A stretch of DNA of 24,000 nucleotides, from the NCBI RefSeq assembly GCF_040881935.1, contig NZ_JBBECH010000072.1:33177-57176 (forward strand). Direction: 5' to 3'. This DNA comes from Saccharospirillum sp. GTDB taxonomy: Bacteria > Pseudomonadota > Gammaproteobacteria > Pseudomonadales > Natronospirillaceae. A program made the translations under genes and the position numbers. Position 1 is the stretch's first letter, and each line of letters opens with the position of its first letter. The notes under the pieces were generated by a model. It was given only the letters and a program-made list of their open reading frames with translations. It did not search any database and had not been told where the DNA came from. Below, in pieces: positions 8,254 through 16,513 of the stretch.

Positions 8254-8775
8254 ATGACAGATCGCCCTTCTTCCCTCGACAAAGCGGACCTGATCGAATG
8301 CGGTTACGGACGCATGTTCGGGCCGGGTAATGCCCAGCTGCCGGTCGATAACATGCTGATGATGGACCGCATCGCCCTGATCACCGATGAAGGTGGCCAG
8401 TATGGCAAAGGCGAAATCATCGCCGAGCTCGACATCAACCCGGACCTCTGGTTCTTCCAGTGCCATTTCCCCGGCGACCCGGTCATGCCCGGCTGCCTGG
8501 GCCTGGATGCCATGTGGCAACTGGTCGGCTTCTTCCTCGGCTGGCGTGGCAATGCCGGCAGAGGCCGTGCGCTGGGCGTTGGCGAACTGACCTTCAAAGG
8601 CCAGATCATGCCGGATGCCAAGAAAGTCGTGTACAAGCTGAACATTAAGCGCGTGATGGAATCCCGCCTGGTCATGGGCATTGCCGATGGTGTGGTTGAA
8701 TGCGACGGCAAACCCATCTACTTTGCCAAGGACCTGAAAGTCGGTCTGTTCAAACCTGAACAAATGGGAGCCTGA
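8254..8775 (+). CDS. fabA: 3-hydroxydecanoyl-ACP dehydratase / trans-2-decenoyl-ACP isomerase
   Basis: 173 aa. The translation reads [12 protein letters not shown]...[37 protein letters not shown], the FabA hot-dog active-site region. fabB follows directly. Confidence 0.95.
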   Translation: MTDRPSSLDKADLIECGYGRMFGPGNAQLPVDNMLMMDRIALITDEGGQYGKGEIIAELDINPDLWFFQCHFPGDPVMPGCLGLDAMWQLVGFFLGWRGNAGRGRALGVGELTFKGQIMPDAKKVVYKLNIKRVMESRLVMGIADGVVECDGKPIYFAKDLKVGLFKPEQMGA

Positions 8776-8777
8776 TC

Positions 8778-9995
8778 GTGAAAAGAGTCGTAGTTACTGG
8801 CCTTGGCATCGTCTCCTGCCTGGGCAATGACGCTGAAACCGTCACCGAGAGCCTGCGTGAAGGCAAGTCGGGCATTCGATTTAACCAGACATACGCCGAT
8901 ATGGGCATGCGCAGCCACGTTAGCGGCACGCCCGACATTAACCTGGCCGACCACATTGACCGCAAAGCCATTCGTTTTATGGGCAAAGCGGCGGGCTATG
9001 CCTACATTTCAATGGATCAGGCGATCAAGGATTCAGGCCTAACCCCCGAGCAGGTCTCGAACATCCGCACCGGCCTGATCGCCGGTTCCGGCGGTGCCGA
9101 TTCCGACAGCCAGACCGAAGCCGCCGACATCCTGCGTGAAAAAGGCCTGAAACGGGTAGGCCCCTACCGTGTCACCCAGACCATGGGTTCAACGGTATCA
9201 GCCTGCCTGGCCACGCCGTTCCAGATCAAGGGTGTTAACTATTCCATCACCTCAGCCTGCTCCACCAGTGCTCACTGCATTGGAAACGCGGCAGAACTGA
9301 TTCAGCTCGGCAAACAAGACATCGTCTTCGCCGGTGGCGGTGAAGCCGAGCACTGGACCATGAGCTGCCTGTTCGACGCCATGGGTGCCCTCTCCACCAA
9401 GTACAACGACGAACCGGAACGTGCGAGCCGCGCTTACGATGCCGATCGTGATGGCTTCGTCATCGCCGGTGGCGGCGGCATGCTGATTCTGGAAGAGCTG
9501 GAACACGCCAAAGCCCGCGGTGCCAAAATCTACGCTGAAGTCGTCGGCTACGGCGCCACCAGCGATGGCTACAACATGGTCGCGCCGAGCGGTGAAGGCG
9601 CAGTACGCTGCATGCAGATGGCAATGAGCACGGTCGATGGCGACATCGATTACATCAACGCCCACGGCACCTCGACACCCGCTGGCGACGTCACCGAACT
9701 GAAAGCCGTTCGCACGGTCTTCGGCGATGCCATGCCTCCCGTTGCCTCCACCAAGTCACTCTCCGGTCACAGCCTCGGCGCCGCTGGCGTGCAGGAAGCG
9801 ATATACTCCCTGCTGATGATGCAAAACAACTTCATCGCCGCCAGCAAAAACGTAGAGAACCTGGATCCGGAAGCTGGCGACGCCAACGTCGTCACCGAAC
9901 GCAAAGACAACGTGACTCTGAACCGGGTGATGTCAAACAGCTTCGGTTTCGGTGGTACCAACGCGACCTTGGTTATGCAGCGGTATCAAAGTTAA
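8778..9995 (+). CDS. fabB: Beta-ketoacyl-ACP synthase I
   Basis: 405 aa. [17 protein letters not shown]...[11 protein letters not shown]...MRSHVSG is nearly collinear with E. coli FabB. Active-site Cys ([11 protein letters not shown]), His ([19 protein letters not shown]) and C-terminal [13 protein letters not shown] are present. It has a GTG start 2 nt after the fabA stop, with GGGAG 7 nt upstream. Confidence 0.95.
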   Translation: MKRVVVTGLGIVSCLGNDAETVTESLREGKSGIRFNQTYADMGMRSHVSGTPDINLADHIDRKAIRFMGKAAGYAYISMDQAIKDSGLTPEQVSNIRTGLIAGSGGADSDSQTEAADILREKGLKRVGPYRVTQTMGSTVSACLATPFQIKGVNYSITSACSTSAHCIGNAAELIQLGKQDIVFAGGGEAEHWTMSCLFDAMGALSTKYNDEPERASRAYDADRDGFVIAGGGGMLILEELEHAKARGAKIYAEVVGYGATSDGYNMVAPSGEGAVRCMQMAMSTVDGDIDYINAHGTSTPAGDVTELKAVRTVFGDAMPPVASTKSLSGHSLGAAGVQEAIYSLLMMQNNFIAASKNVENLDPEAGDANVVTERKDNVTLNRVMSNSFGFGGTNATLVMQRYQS

Positions 9996-10018
9996 GTCCT
10001 GTTGCCTGGAGCTCGCGC

Positions 10019-10123
10019 TGGCCACCGGGTCTGCCTGTCCGGGGTCGGCGTGAATCCATCCATGGAGTCTAGGCCGCAGCGTCCCTGCTGCGGACTACCC
10101 CGGCCAGGCAGACCCGGCAGCCA
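10019..10123. repeat. Structured palindromic intergenic element, copy B
   Basis: 10019-10045 pairs with 10097-10123 (24 of 27 positions). The core 10043-10100 is 51/58 identical to 4201-4258, including the identical hairpin CCGCAGC-GTCCCT-GCTGCGG (10074-10093). It lies between the convergent stops of fabB (9995) and galU (10250). Confidence 0.75.
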
Positions 10124-10166
10124 ACACTTGTTTCTCGGGTTAATCTTAGCCAGAAAAAACCCGTTT

Positions 10167-10225
10167 AAAATATGCATAAAAAAAGGGTCGCCAATTTTGA
10201 GCGACCCTTTTTTTATGCATATTTT
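10167..10225. terminator. Bidirectional rho-independent terminator shared by fabB and galU
   Basis: A perfect 25-bp inverted repeat (10167-10191 AAAATATGCATAAAAAAAGGGTCGC, and its complement at 10201-10225) flanks a 9-nt loop. The GC-rich stem GGGTCGC/GCGACCC is flanked by A7 on one side and T7 on the other. This gives stem plus U-tract on both strands. Confidence 0.85.
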
Positions 10226-10249
10226 CTTGCCAAAACTTTCACTAAAAAC

Positions 10250-11092
10250 TCAGTTTAAATTCCCTTTCTTATACAACTCTTCATAGCAATAATTCGTCGC
10301 TTCAACAAAACCTTCCACGGAACCACAATCAAACCGGGTACCCTTGAACCGGTAGGCCATCACAACCCCATCCTGTGCCTGGGTCATCAACGCATCGGTT
10401 AACTGAATTTCATTGTTCTTGCCCGGAGGCGTTTCACGCAAAATATCGAAAATATCCGGCGTTAGGATATAGCGGCCAATTACAGCCAGATTGCTCGGGG
10501 CGTCTTCTTTATTGGGTTTTTCGACCATGCTTTTTACGCGATACAGGCCATCTTTCACTTCCTCGCCTTCGATGACACCGTATTTGTGGATCTCATCTTC
10601 AGGTACTTCCATTACCGCGACAATGGAGCAGCGAAATTTCTTGAAGACCTTGACCATTTGTGCCATCACGTTGTCGCCATCGAATTCTGGTATACACAGG
10701 TCGTCGGCGAGCACGACGCCAAAGGGTTCGCTACCGATCAGGGTTTCGCCAGCCAGAATGGCATGGCCGAGGCCCTTCATTTCTTTCTGGCGGGTGAAAG
10801 AGAAGACGCCTTCGTGCATGACGTGACGAATCGAGGTCAGGTACTTTTCTTTATCGGAGCCATTAATCTGGTGTTCCAGCTCGTAGGAAATGTCGAAGTG
10901 ATCGGCGATGGCGCGTTTACCCCGGCCAGTTACAAAGCCAATTTCATACAAGCCGGATTCGATGGATTCTTCCACCCCGTATTGCACCAGGGGTTTATTG
11001 ACGATGGGCAGCATTTCTTTGGGGAGGGCTTTGGTGGCCGGTAAAAACCGGGTGCCATAGCCACCCACAGGAAACAAACATTTGCGGATCAT
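10250..11092 (-). CDS. galU: UTP--glucose-1-phosphate uridylyltransferase
   Basis: 280 aa. The N-terminus KCLFPVGGYGTRFLPATKALPKEMLPIVNKPLVQY is the GalU G-x-G-T-R nucleotide-binding signature. VMEVP..KYGV and VEKP are also present. GAGGA lies 7 nt upstream of the ATG. Confidence 0.95.
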   Translation of the reverse strand: MIRKCLFPVGGYGTRFLPATKALPKEMLPIVNKPLVQYGVEESIESGLYEIGFVTGRGKRAIADHFDISYELEHQINGSDKEKYLTSIRHVMHEGVFSFTRQKEMKGLGHAILAGETLIGSEPFGVVLADDLCIPEFDGDNVMAQMVKVFKKFRCSIVAVMEVPEDEIHKYGVIEGEEVKDGLYRVKSMVEKPNKEDAPSNLAVIGRYILTPDIFDILRETPPGKNNEIQLTDALMTQAQDGVVMAYRFKGTRFDCGSVEGFVEATNYCYEELYKKGNLN

Positions 11093-11491
11093 GTTACGTC
11101 CTCTTCCAGTGTGTTCATCTCCGCTGAGCGGGCCTGTCCGGTCGGGACTTATCTGGTAACTGCTGCCAGTGTCTCCCGAATCGGCACCCGGCTTGTCTCA
11201 GCGAGTCTGTGTTCAGTCTTGCAATTCCCTGACCAGTAACATTTCCGGCGCGACCATTGCGAAGCAAAAGAAAAAGGTCTACCTCTCCCCGGCCCTGATT
11301 AGCCGGGCGCGGTACCCGGATCAGCCAAAGGGAACGGCCAGCCCTTAAATCGATCATCATTTTGCACCAAAATGACCAACAGCACCAATGCAGTGCATGT
11401 CGACCCAGCCCGCACCAAACTCAGATCGAATTGTGACGAAAAAGCATAACCGCCCATCTGGTCAGTCAGGGTTGGGCGCCGCCGCCAAACC

Positions 11492-11540
11492 ATAAAAAAA
11501 TCCTCGCGCGACAAGGGAGGATTACGCCGGCGAGGATTGC
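11492..11540 (-). terminator. Probable rho-independent terminator downstream of the LysE-family gene
   Basis: The minus strand reads AATCCTCGCCGGCGTAATCCTCCCTTGTCGCGCGAGGATTTTTTTATGG. GAGGATT can pair with either upstream AATCCTC copy (7-9 bp stem) and is followed by T7. It starts about 20 nt after the stop at 11560. Confidence 0.55.
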
Positions 11541-11559
11541 AAAACCAGTAATGCATCCA

Positions 11560-12165
11560 TTACATCAGAATAAAGACCACACACAGGGCCGTCAGAATAC
11601 CCAGTATCAGGTTAAACTTCCGCAGTCGTGCCGGGTCTTCCAGCCAACGGCGCAGCTGGGAGCCAAGCACCGCCCAGACGCAACTGCAAGGGTAAGTCAT
11701 GAGAGCGAACATAAAGGCCACGGTTAGTGCACTCGGCCAGTACGCATCACCCGGCAAGCTGAAGGCTGCTATGCCGGTAATCGCCATGGCCCAGGCTTTG
11801 GGGTTCACGATCTGAAACAGCGCGGCATGCCACCAGTGCATCGGGCGGGCATCGCCATCGACACGGGCCATGCCGCCCGCGGTGGCGATGTTCCAGGCAA
11901 GCCACAACAGGTACACCGACCCGATAATTTTAAGCGCCCAATGCAACTGTGGCATGGCCAGCAACAGCGCGCCGATGCCACTGGCGACCAGTAAGTTCAG
12001 CGTCAGAAAGCCAATGAAAATACCGGTAATGTGCGGCATCGTACGGCGCAGCCCGAAGTTCATTCCGGAGGCCGTCACCATCAATACATTGGGGCCCGGA
12101 GTGATTGTTGTACTAAACGTATAAATCACAATAGGCAATAAAAACCCGAGGGTTATTGCGTCCAT
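11560..12165 (-). CDS. LysE/RhtB-family amino-acid (or homoserine-lactone) efflux translocator
   Basis: 201 aa, about 6 predicted TM segments, with the N-terminal family signature TITPGPNVLMV. GAGG lies 9 nt upstream of the ATG. It is divergent from the MocR regulator. Confidence 0.85.
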   Translation of the reverse strand: MDAITLGFLLPIVIYTFSTTITPGPNVLMVTASGMNFGLRRTMPHITGIFIGFLTLNLLVASGIGALLLAMPQLHWALKIIGSVYLLWLAWNIATAGGMARVDGDARPMHWWHAALFQIVNPKAWAMAITGIAAFSLPGDAYWPSALTVAFMFALMTYPCSCVWAVLGSQLRRWLEDPARLRKFNLILGILTALCVVFILM

Positions 12166-12389
12166 TTATTCAAACCTCACAGGCTGCACCGGCAGCCCCG
12201 ATAGATGGTTCAGTCGACCAATTCGACATTGATTCGTTTGTTTTGTATGCATTGGTTTTTTACTGAAAATTCGAACCACCCGGGTTTCCAGCTCTGTTTG
12301 ATAGGCATCCTGATAAAAGCGATATGAAGTCATAAATCGTCCTTTGTATCGATACAATTATAACCATAAAAACTAACATTAACGATGCA

Positions 12390-12474
12390 CGTCGTATTAA
12401 TCGGGCAATTAATCCAAATCAAGGTTCGACAAAAGCGAACAATTGCAGTGTAATACGACGACAATTCACTGCAA
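12390..12474. promoter_or_regulatory. Nested inverted repeats in the LysE/MocR divergent promoter region (candidate MocR operator and/or 5' leader hairpin)
   Basis: A perfect 10-bp inverted repeat is CGTCGTATTA (12390-12399) with TAATACGACG (12451-12460). An 8-bp inverted repeat, TTGCAGTG (12443-12450) with CACTGCAA (12467-12474), encloses the right copy. The context is AT-rich and the repeats end 17 nt upstream of the MocR ATG. Confidence 0.3.
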
Positions 12475-12490
12475 GTAGTTCTTTGTCACC

Positions 12491-13882
12491 ATGACAATAC
12501 TAACACTGGCCGGACAGACCGGGCCAAAATACAAGGCACTGGCCAACAGCATCGAGCGTGCCGTTCATGATGGCGAACTGAAGCCCGGCGACCGCCTGCC
12601 TACGCACCGGCATCTGGCCGAACAATTGGGTGTAACCGTTGGCACCGTTACCCGCGCCTATGCCGAAGCCGAACGTCGCCGGTTAATAGAAGCCCGGGTC
12701 GGCAGTGGCACCTTTATTCGCGGCCTGAACCCCGGCACCGCCAGTTTTAAAGTCACCGACTCGACGGTCGATACCGGCATTGATCTGGGCTTTAGTATTG
12801 CGCTGGAACTGGATCAACCGGAACAATTAACACGCACGCTGGCAACACTGCAGCACTCCGATGTTCTACCGCACCTATTGCGCTACCAGTCTGAATTTGG
12901 TCTCGAACACCACCGCGAAGCGGGGCGTCGCTGGTTATTGAAGACCGGCCTTGGCGACTTCAACCGGGACGACCTGCTGGTCACCCTGGGCGGTCAGCAT
13001 GGTTTTTATGTTGCGCTCAATGCCTTGTTGCAACCCGGCGATGGCTTGGCCTGTGAAGGGCTGACCTATCCCGGCTTGGTCACTGCGGCAACTCAGCAAA
13101 ATCTGCGACTAATGCCGCTAGCCATAGACGACCAGGGGCTGACCCCTGAGGCGCTGGAAAGCCAGTGCCTGCGCCATCCACCGCGTGCACTGTACCTAAT
13201 GACCCGAATGCACAACCCGACGGGCGGGTCGATGTCACAACAACGCATTGATGAACTGGCGCTGATTTGCCGCCAGTATCAGATCACCGTCATTGAAGAC
13301 GATGTGCAGGGTTGTTTGGGCGATCCGGCCCGGCCCTCCTTCAGCCAGCGCCACCCGGGCATTACCATCACCATTGCTAGTCTATCCAAAGCGCTGTGTG
13401 GCGGCTTGCACGTTGGCTTCATGCGCGCACCGGAAGAATGGGTCAATGCCGTCGGCGCAGCCTTCCGTGCCACCTGCTGGATGGCGATTCCGCTGACGAC
13501 TGAAATCGCCTGCGACTGGCTAAACAATGGCTATGCCGATCAACTGTTGGCACGCCAGCAAGCCGAGATCGAGTGGCGTCAGAATGCGGTCTGCGAACGG
13601 CTGAACCAGGCCGGAATGTCCCCACGCGGTGGCGGGTTCAACGTCTGGCTGGATTTACCCGCCCCCTGGCGCGCCGTCAACCTGGTAGCGCGCGCTGCCG
13701 AACATGGCATTCAATTTAAGCCGGCTGAAGTGTTTGCAGCAGGTCAGTTTTCCGCACCTCAGGCCATACGCATTTGTATCGGTGGCCGGCTGAAACGCGA
13801 TACTTTACTCAGCGCCATCGACACCCTGATTTACCTGATCCAGACCCCGGGCAATGCCCAGGATTCACAGACCAACATTTGA
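12491..13882 (+). CDS. MocR/GabR-type regulator: GntR winged-HTH fused to a PLP-dependent aminotransferase-like domain
   Basis: 463 aa. The N-terminal GntR HTH reads LPTHRHLAEQLGVTVGTVTRAYAEAERRRLIEARVGSGTFI. A linker and a fold-type-I aminotransferase-like domain follow, with a putative PLP lysine in IASLSKALCGG. Confidence 0.9.
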   Translation: MTILTLAGQTGPKYKALANSIERAVHDGELKPGDRLPTHRHLAEQLGVTVGTVTRAYAEAERRRLIEARVGSGTFIRGLNPGTASFKVTDSTVDTGIDLGFSIALELDQPEQLTRTLATLQHSDVLPHLLRYQSEFGLEHHREAGRRWLLKTGLGDFNRDDLLVTLGGQHGFYVALNALLQPGDGLACEGLTYPGLVTAATQQNLRLMPLAIDDQGLTPEALESQCLRHPPRALYLMTRMHNPTGGSMSQQRIDELALICRQYQITVIEDDVQGCLGDPARPSFSQRHPGITITIASLSKALCGGLHVGFMRAPEEWVNAVGAAFRATCWMAIPLTTEIACDWLNNGYADQLLARQQAEIEWRQNAVCERLNQAGMSPRGGGFNVWLDLPAPWRAVNLVARAAEHGIQFKPAEVFAAGQFSAPQAIRICIGGRLKRDTLLSAIDTLIYLIQTPGNAQDSQTNI

Positions 13883-13889
13883 GACGACT

Positions 13890-14819
13890 ATGGCATCCGC
13901 AACGCGCAGCGGCGCATTCTACGCACTAACAGCCTACATACTCTGGGCTGTGGCACCCATCTATTTTAAAGTCATGAACGATGTTGCGGCAGCCGAGTTA
14001 TTGTCGCACCGCATTATCTGGTCTTTCTTGTTAACACTGGGTCTGATTTTTTTGTTTCGCAAACGCGCGGCACTGATGACCGCATTGAAATCCTCCCGTA
14101 CCCGCTGGAATCTGCTGGCCTCTACGGTACTGATCGGGTTTAACTGGGGGTTGTTTATTTGGGCAGTGCAGAGCAATTACATGCTCAGCGCCAGCCTCGG
14201 CTACTACATCAACCCGCTGATGAATATATTGCTCGGTATGATCTTTTTCAGAGACCGGCTCGACAGAGTTCGCACCATCGCCGCCCTGCTTTGTGTCGCC
14301 GCTGTCGCCTTCGAGCTGATCCAGTTCGGTCGCTTGCCCTGGGTTGCACTGTTGCTGGCCACCAGCTTTGCGCTGTACGGTCTGGTGCGTAAAAAAATCG
14401 GCGTCGACAGCTTCACCGGTATGGCACTGGAAACCGGGTTACTACTACCCATTGCCGCTGGCTATCTATTGTTTGCCACCAGCCCCACCACCAGCCTGAT
14501 CGAAAACACCTGGTCGATTAACCTCCTGCTGTTTGCTGCAGGCCCCGTCACCATGGTGCCATTGATGTGCTTCGCGGCAGCGGCCAACCGCATCAGCCTG
14601 ACTGCACTCGGGTTCTTTCAGTACATAGCCCCAAGTGGCATGTTTTTACTGGCGGTGTTCGTTTATGGCGAAACGCTGAGCCCGGGAAAACTGGTGACCT
14701 TCGGTCTAATCTGGGCGGCGTTGCTGTTGTTAACACTCGACTCGTTGCGCACCCTGGGGCGCAACCAGTCCGCCAAGCGTGCCCTTAAAGCATCCAACGC
14801 TGCCACCAGTCCCAAATAA
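13890..14819 (+). CDS. rarD: RarD protein (EamA/DMT-superfamily permease)
   Basis: It is collinear with E. coli RarD: YILWAVAPIYFKV, HRIIWSF, VLIGFNWGLFIWAV, ASLGYYINPLMNILLGMIFF, SFALYGLVRKKIGVD, GFFQYIAPSGMFLLAV. The ATG at 13890 gives the homologous N-terminus. The ORF-track start at 13854 overlaps the MocR stop. Confidence 0.9.
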   Translation: MASATRSGAFYALTAYILWAVAPIYFKVMNDVAAAELLSHRIIWSFLLTLGLIFLFRKRAALMTALKSSRTRWNLLASTVLIGFNWGLFIWAVQSNYMLSASLGYYINPLMNILLGMIFFRDRLDRVRTIAALLCVAAVAFELIQFGRLPWVALLLATSFALYGLVRKKIGVDSFTGMALETGLLLPIAAGYLLFATSPTTSLIENTWSINLLLFAAGPVTMVPLMCFAAAANRISLTALGFFQYIAPSGMFLLAVFVYGETLSPGKLVTFGLIWAALLLLTLDSLRTLGRNQSAKRALKASNAATSPK

Positions 14820-15411
14820 ACAGCGCTGACAACGCCACAAAAATAACCCCGGCGCCCCGGTCAATCCAGTGGCGTCGATTCAGAAACCGGCGTTGCAGCG
14901 CCGGTTGCGACAACACCCAACCGACCAGACCAAACCACAGGCTGGTGACCACAAACACATACCCGACCAGGGCAGATTGCATCCAGCCATTCAGACCCTC
15001 AACCAGTTGCACCAGAATCGCCGAGAAAAACAACAGCGCTTTCGGGTTCAGCACATTGGTTAAAAACCCCTGCCAGAAATCGCCCCGGTCACTGACCTTC
15101 GCCGCACTGTCCAGCGGCTGACCGGGCGGTGCAGGCTGGGCGCTCAGCCCGCCCCAGCCGAGGTACAATAAATAACCAATACCCAGCCAGGGCATGGTCA
15201 TCGCCAGCCAGCGACTCGACTGTACCAGCGCTGAAACGCCCAACACAGCAACCAGAGTATGCAAGGTGACCCCCAGACCAATGCCCAGGGCGTTCAACGT
15301 ACTGGCGCGCTTACCGCGCGTCAGTGCCGATTTAACCACCAGCGCAAAATCCGGCCCCGGGCTGATTACAGCGGCGGTATAGACCAGTACAAAGGGCCAC
15401 CAGGCGGGCAT
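14785..15411 (-). CDS. LysE/RhtB-family efflux translocator (second copy)
   Basis: The family signature VISPGPDFALV is near the N-terminus, and the protein is multi-TM hydrophobic. The ORF-track start at 15423 is a TTG. The ATG at 15411 is preceded by GGAGAGG. The 3' end overlaps the rarD 3' end by 35 bp (convergent). Confidence 0.85.
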   Translation of the reverse strand: MPAWWPFVLVYTAAVISPGPDFALVVKSALTRGKRASTLNALGIGLGVTLHTLVAVLGVSALVQSSRWLAMTMPWLGIGYLLYLGWGGLSAQPAPPGQPLDSAAKVSDRGDFWQGFLTNVLNPKALLFFSAILVQLVEGLNGWMQSALVGYVFVVTSLWFGLVGWVLSQPALQRRFLNRRHWIDRGAGVIFVALSALFIWDWWQRWML

Positions 15412-15695
15412 AAACCTCTCCAAAAATAGACAATAAACAACGTTCGAAGACTACCAGAAGCCGGAACCGTATGGCGAGCCTTGCCAGGTAGTCGCCAAAC
15501 TCATGCAGAGTCGGCAGATGTTCCTGATTCTCGGTTTCCAAACTTTCAGCCACCGGTTGGCCAGATAACCGCACAGGTCGCGCATCCACAAGGTTAAGGC
15601 GTGCTGCTGATAACCGCTGTGGTCGCAGCTCAGTAGACTGGCTCCATCGCCGGGTTTAAGTGCCGGGCCAACACGCATCATTGCTGGAGACTTAA

Positions 15696-16502
15696 ATGAA
15701 GATCGAAACGTTTTTCGACCACCTGTGGCAGGACTACATCAATATGACGCCTCAGGCCGAGGCCATTGCCGACGCCCTTATCGCCCGGGGCGAAGTGGTG
15801 CAAAATGACCACGTTGCTTTTCGCACCTTTAACATTGGCCCGATTCAGTTGAAGTACCTCGAACCCTTTATTCTGGACATGGGATACAGCCGCTACGAAC
15901 CCTATCAGTTCCCGTCGAAAAAACTGGATGCCTATGGGTACATTCCACCGCGCCCGGACATGCCCCGTATATTCCTCAGTGAACTGCGCGTCGAAGAGCT
16001 CACCGATACGGCTCAAGCCATTATTCACCGCCTGGTTGACCAGATTGCCCCGAATGACATCGCCGATGCGTCTATATTCTGGCGCGGCCCTTTATGGCAA
16101 ACCCCGTCTTATGAAGATTACGAGCAGCTGGCCAGCGAATCGGAATACGCAGCCTGGCTAAGCGTGATTGGCCTGCGCTGCAACCACTTCACCATCAACG
16201 TGAACGCCCTGAATAGCATCAATGACATCGAACAGATGAACCAGATGATCGAAGAGCTCGGTTTCAGCATCAACGAGGCCGGTGGTCGGGTTAAGGGGTC
16301 ATCGGCTGTATTGCTCGAACAGGGTTCAACCAAAGCCAGCGTGCAGCCCTTTACCTTTGCCGACAGTAAACAGCACGACGTAACGACCTGCTATTACGAG
16401 TTTGCCAAACGGTATCACGATGACGAGGGCAATCTGTATCAGGGCTTTGTCGCGGCCAGCGCCGACAAGATTTTCGAGTCGACCGACATGCGCAAAAGCT
16501 GA
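15696..16502 (+). CDS. DUF1338-family protein, short form (VOC-fold metalloenzyme related to YdcJ / HglS 2-oxoadipate dioxygenase-decarboxylase)
   Basis: 268 aa. The N-terminus FFDHLWQDYINMTPQA...NDHVAFRTFN matches my recollection of the DUF1338 N-terminal histidine motif (DH.A.RT). GGAGA lies 8 nt upstream of the ATG. The family call is from memory of the family, not from a search. Confidence 0.65.
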   Translation: MKIETFFDHLWQDYINMTPQAEAIADALIARGEVVQNDHVAFRTFNIGPIQLKYLEPFILDMGYSRYEPYQFPSKKLDAYGYIPPRPDMPRIFLSELRVEELTDTAQAIIHRLVDQIAPNDIADASIFWRGPLWQTPSYEDYEQLASESEYAAWLSVIGLRCNHFTINVNALNSINDIEQMNQMIEELGFSINEAGGRVKGSSAVLLEQGSTKASVQPFTFADSKQHDVTTCYYEFAKRYHDDEGNLYQGFVAASADKIFESTDMRKS

Positions 16503-16513
16503 TTACACCCGCT

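Noticed and set aside
8230-8763. 177-aa minus-strand ORF, plus 8304-8717, 8387-8590 and 8460-8648, overlapping fabA
   Set aside because: These ORFs are antisense or out of frame to a confidently identified fabA. The translations are low-complexity (A/G/H/R-rich) with no recognisable motifs, which is the typical shadow-ORF pattern in GC-rich coding sequence.
11363-11378. Sigma-54-like promoter on the minus strand, TGGTCATTTTGGTGCA (GG-N10-GC spacing correct), pointing toward galU
   Set aside because: Only the minimal GG/GC dinucleotides and a few flanking bases match TGGCAC-N5-TTGCW. Matches of this quality are expected many times by chance in 48 kb of two-strand sequence. No enhancer-binding protein gene or upstream activator site is evident, and galU is not a known sigma-54 target.
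11115-11556. Track ORFs 11115-11360 (81 aa) and 11299-11556 (85 aa) upstream of galU
   Set aside because: The translations are arginine/proline-rich with no motifs and no ribosome-binding sites. The second overlaps the terminator hairpin of the LysE gene. I treat the region as non-coding spacer (see the finding on the long galU leader).
12267-12284. tRNA T-loop-like motif GGTTCGAAT on the minus strand of the LysE/MocR spacer
   Set aside because: The flanking bases (GGGTG...TTTTC) cannot form a T-stem. No acceptor or anticodon arm can be drawn, so this is not a tRNA or tRNA fragment.
12166-12357. 63-aa minus-strand ORF whose TAA stop abuts the ATG of the LysE-family gene (possible coupled leader peptide)
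   Set aside because: Codon usage is AT-rich at third positions (TAT, CGA, AAA, TTT, ACT, TCA), unlike every real gene in the window. It has no ribosome-binding site. The region is better explained as the AT-rich divergent promoter and 5' UTR, and the GAGG near its end is the ribosome-binding site of the LysE gene.
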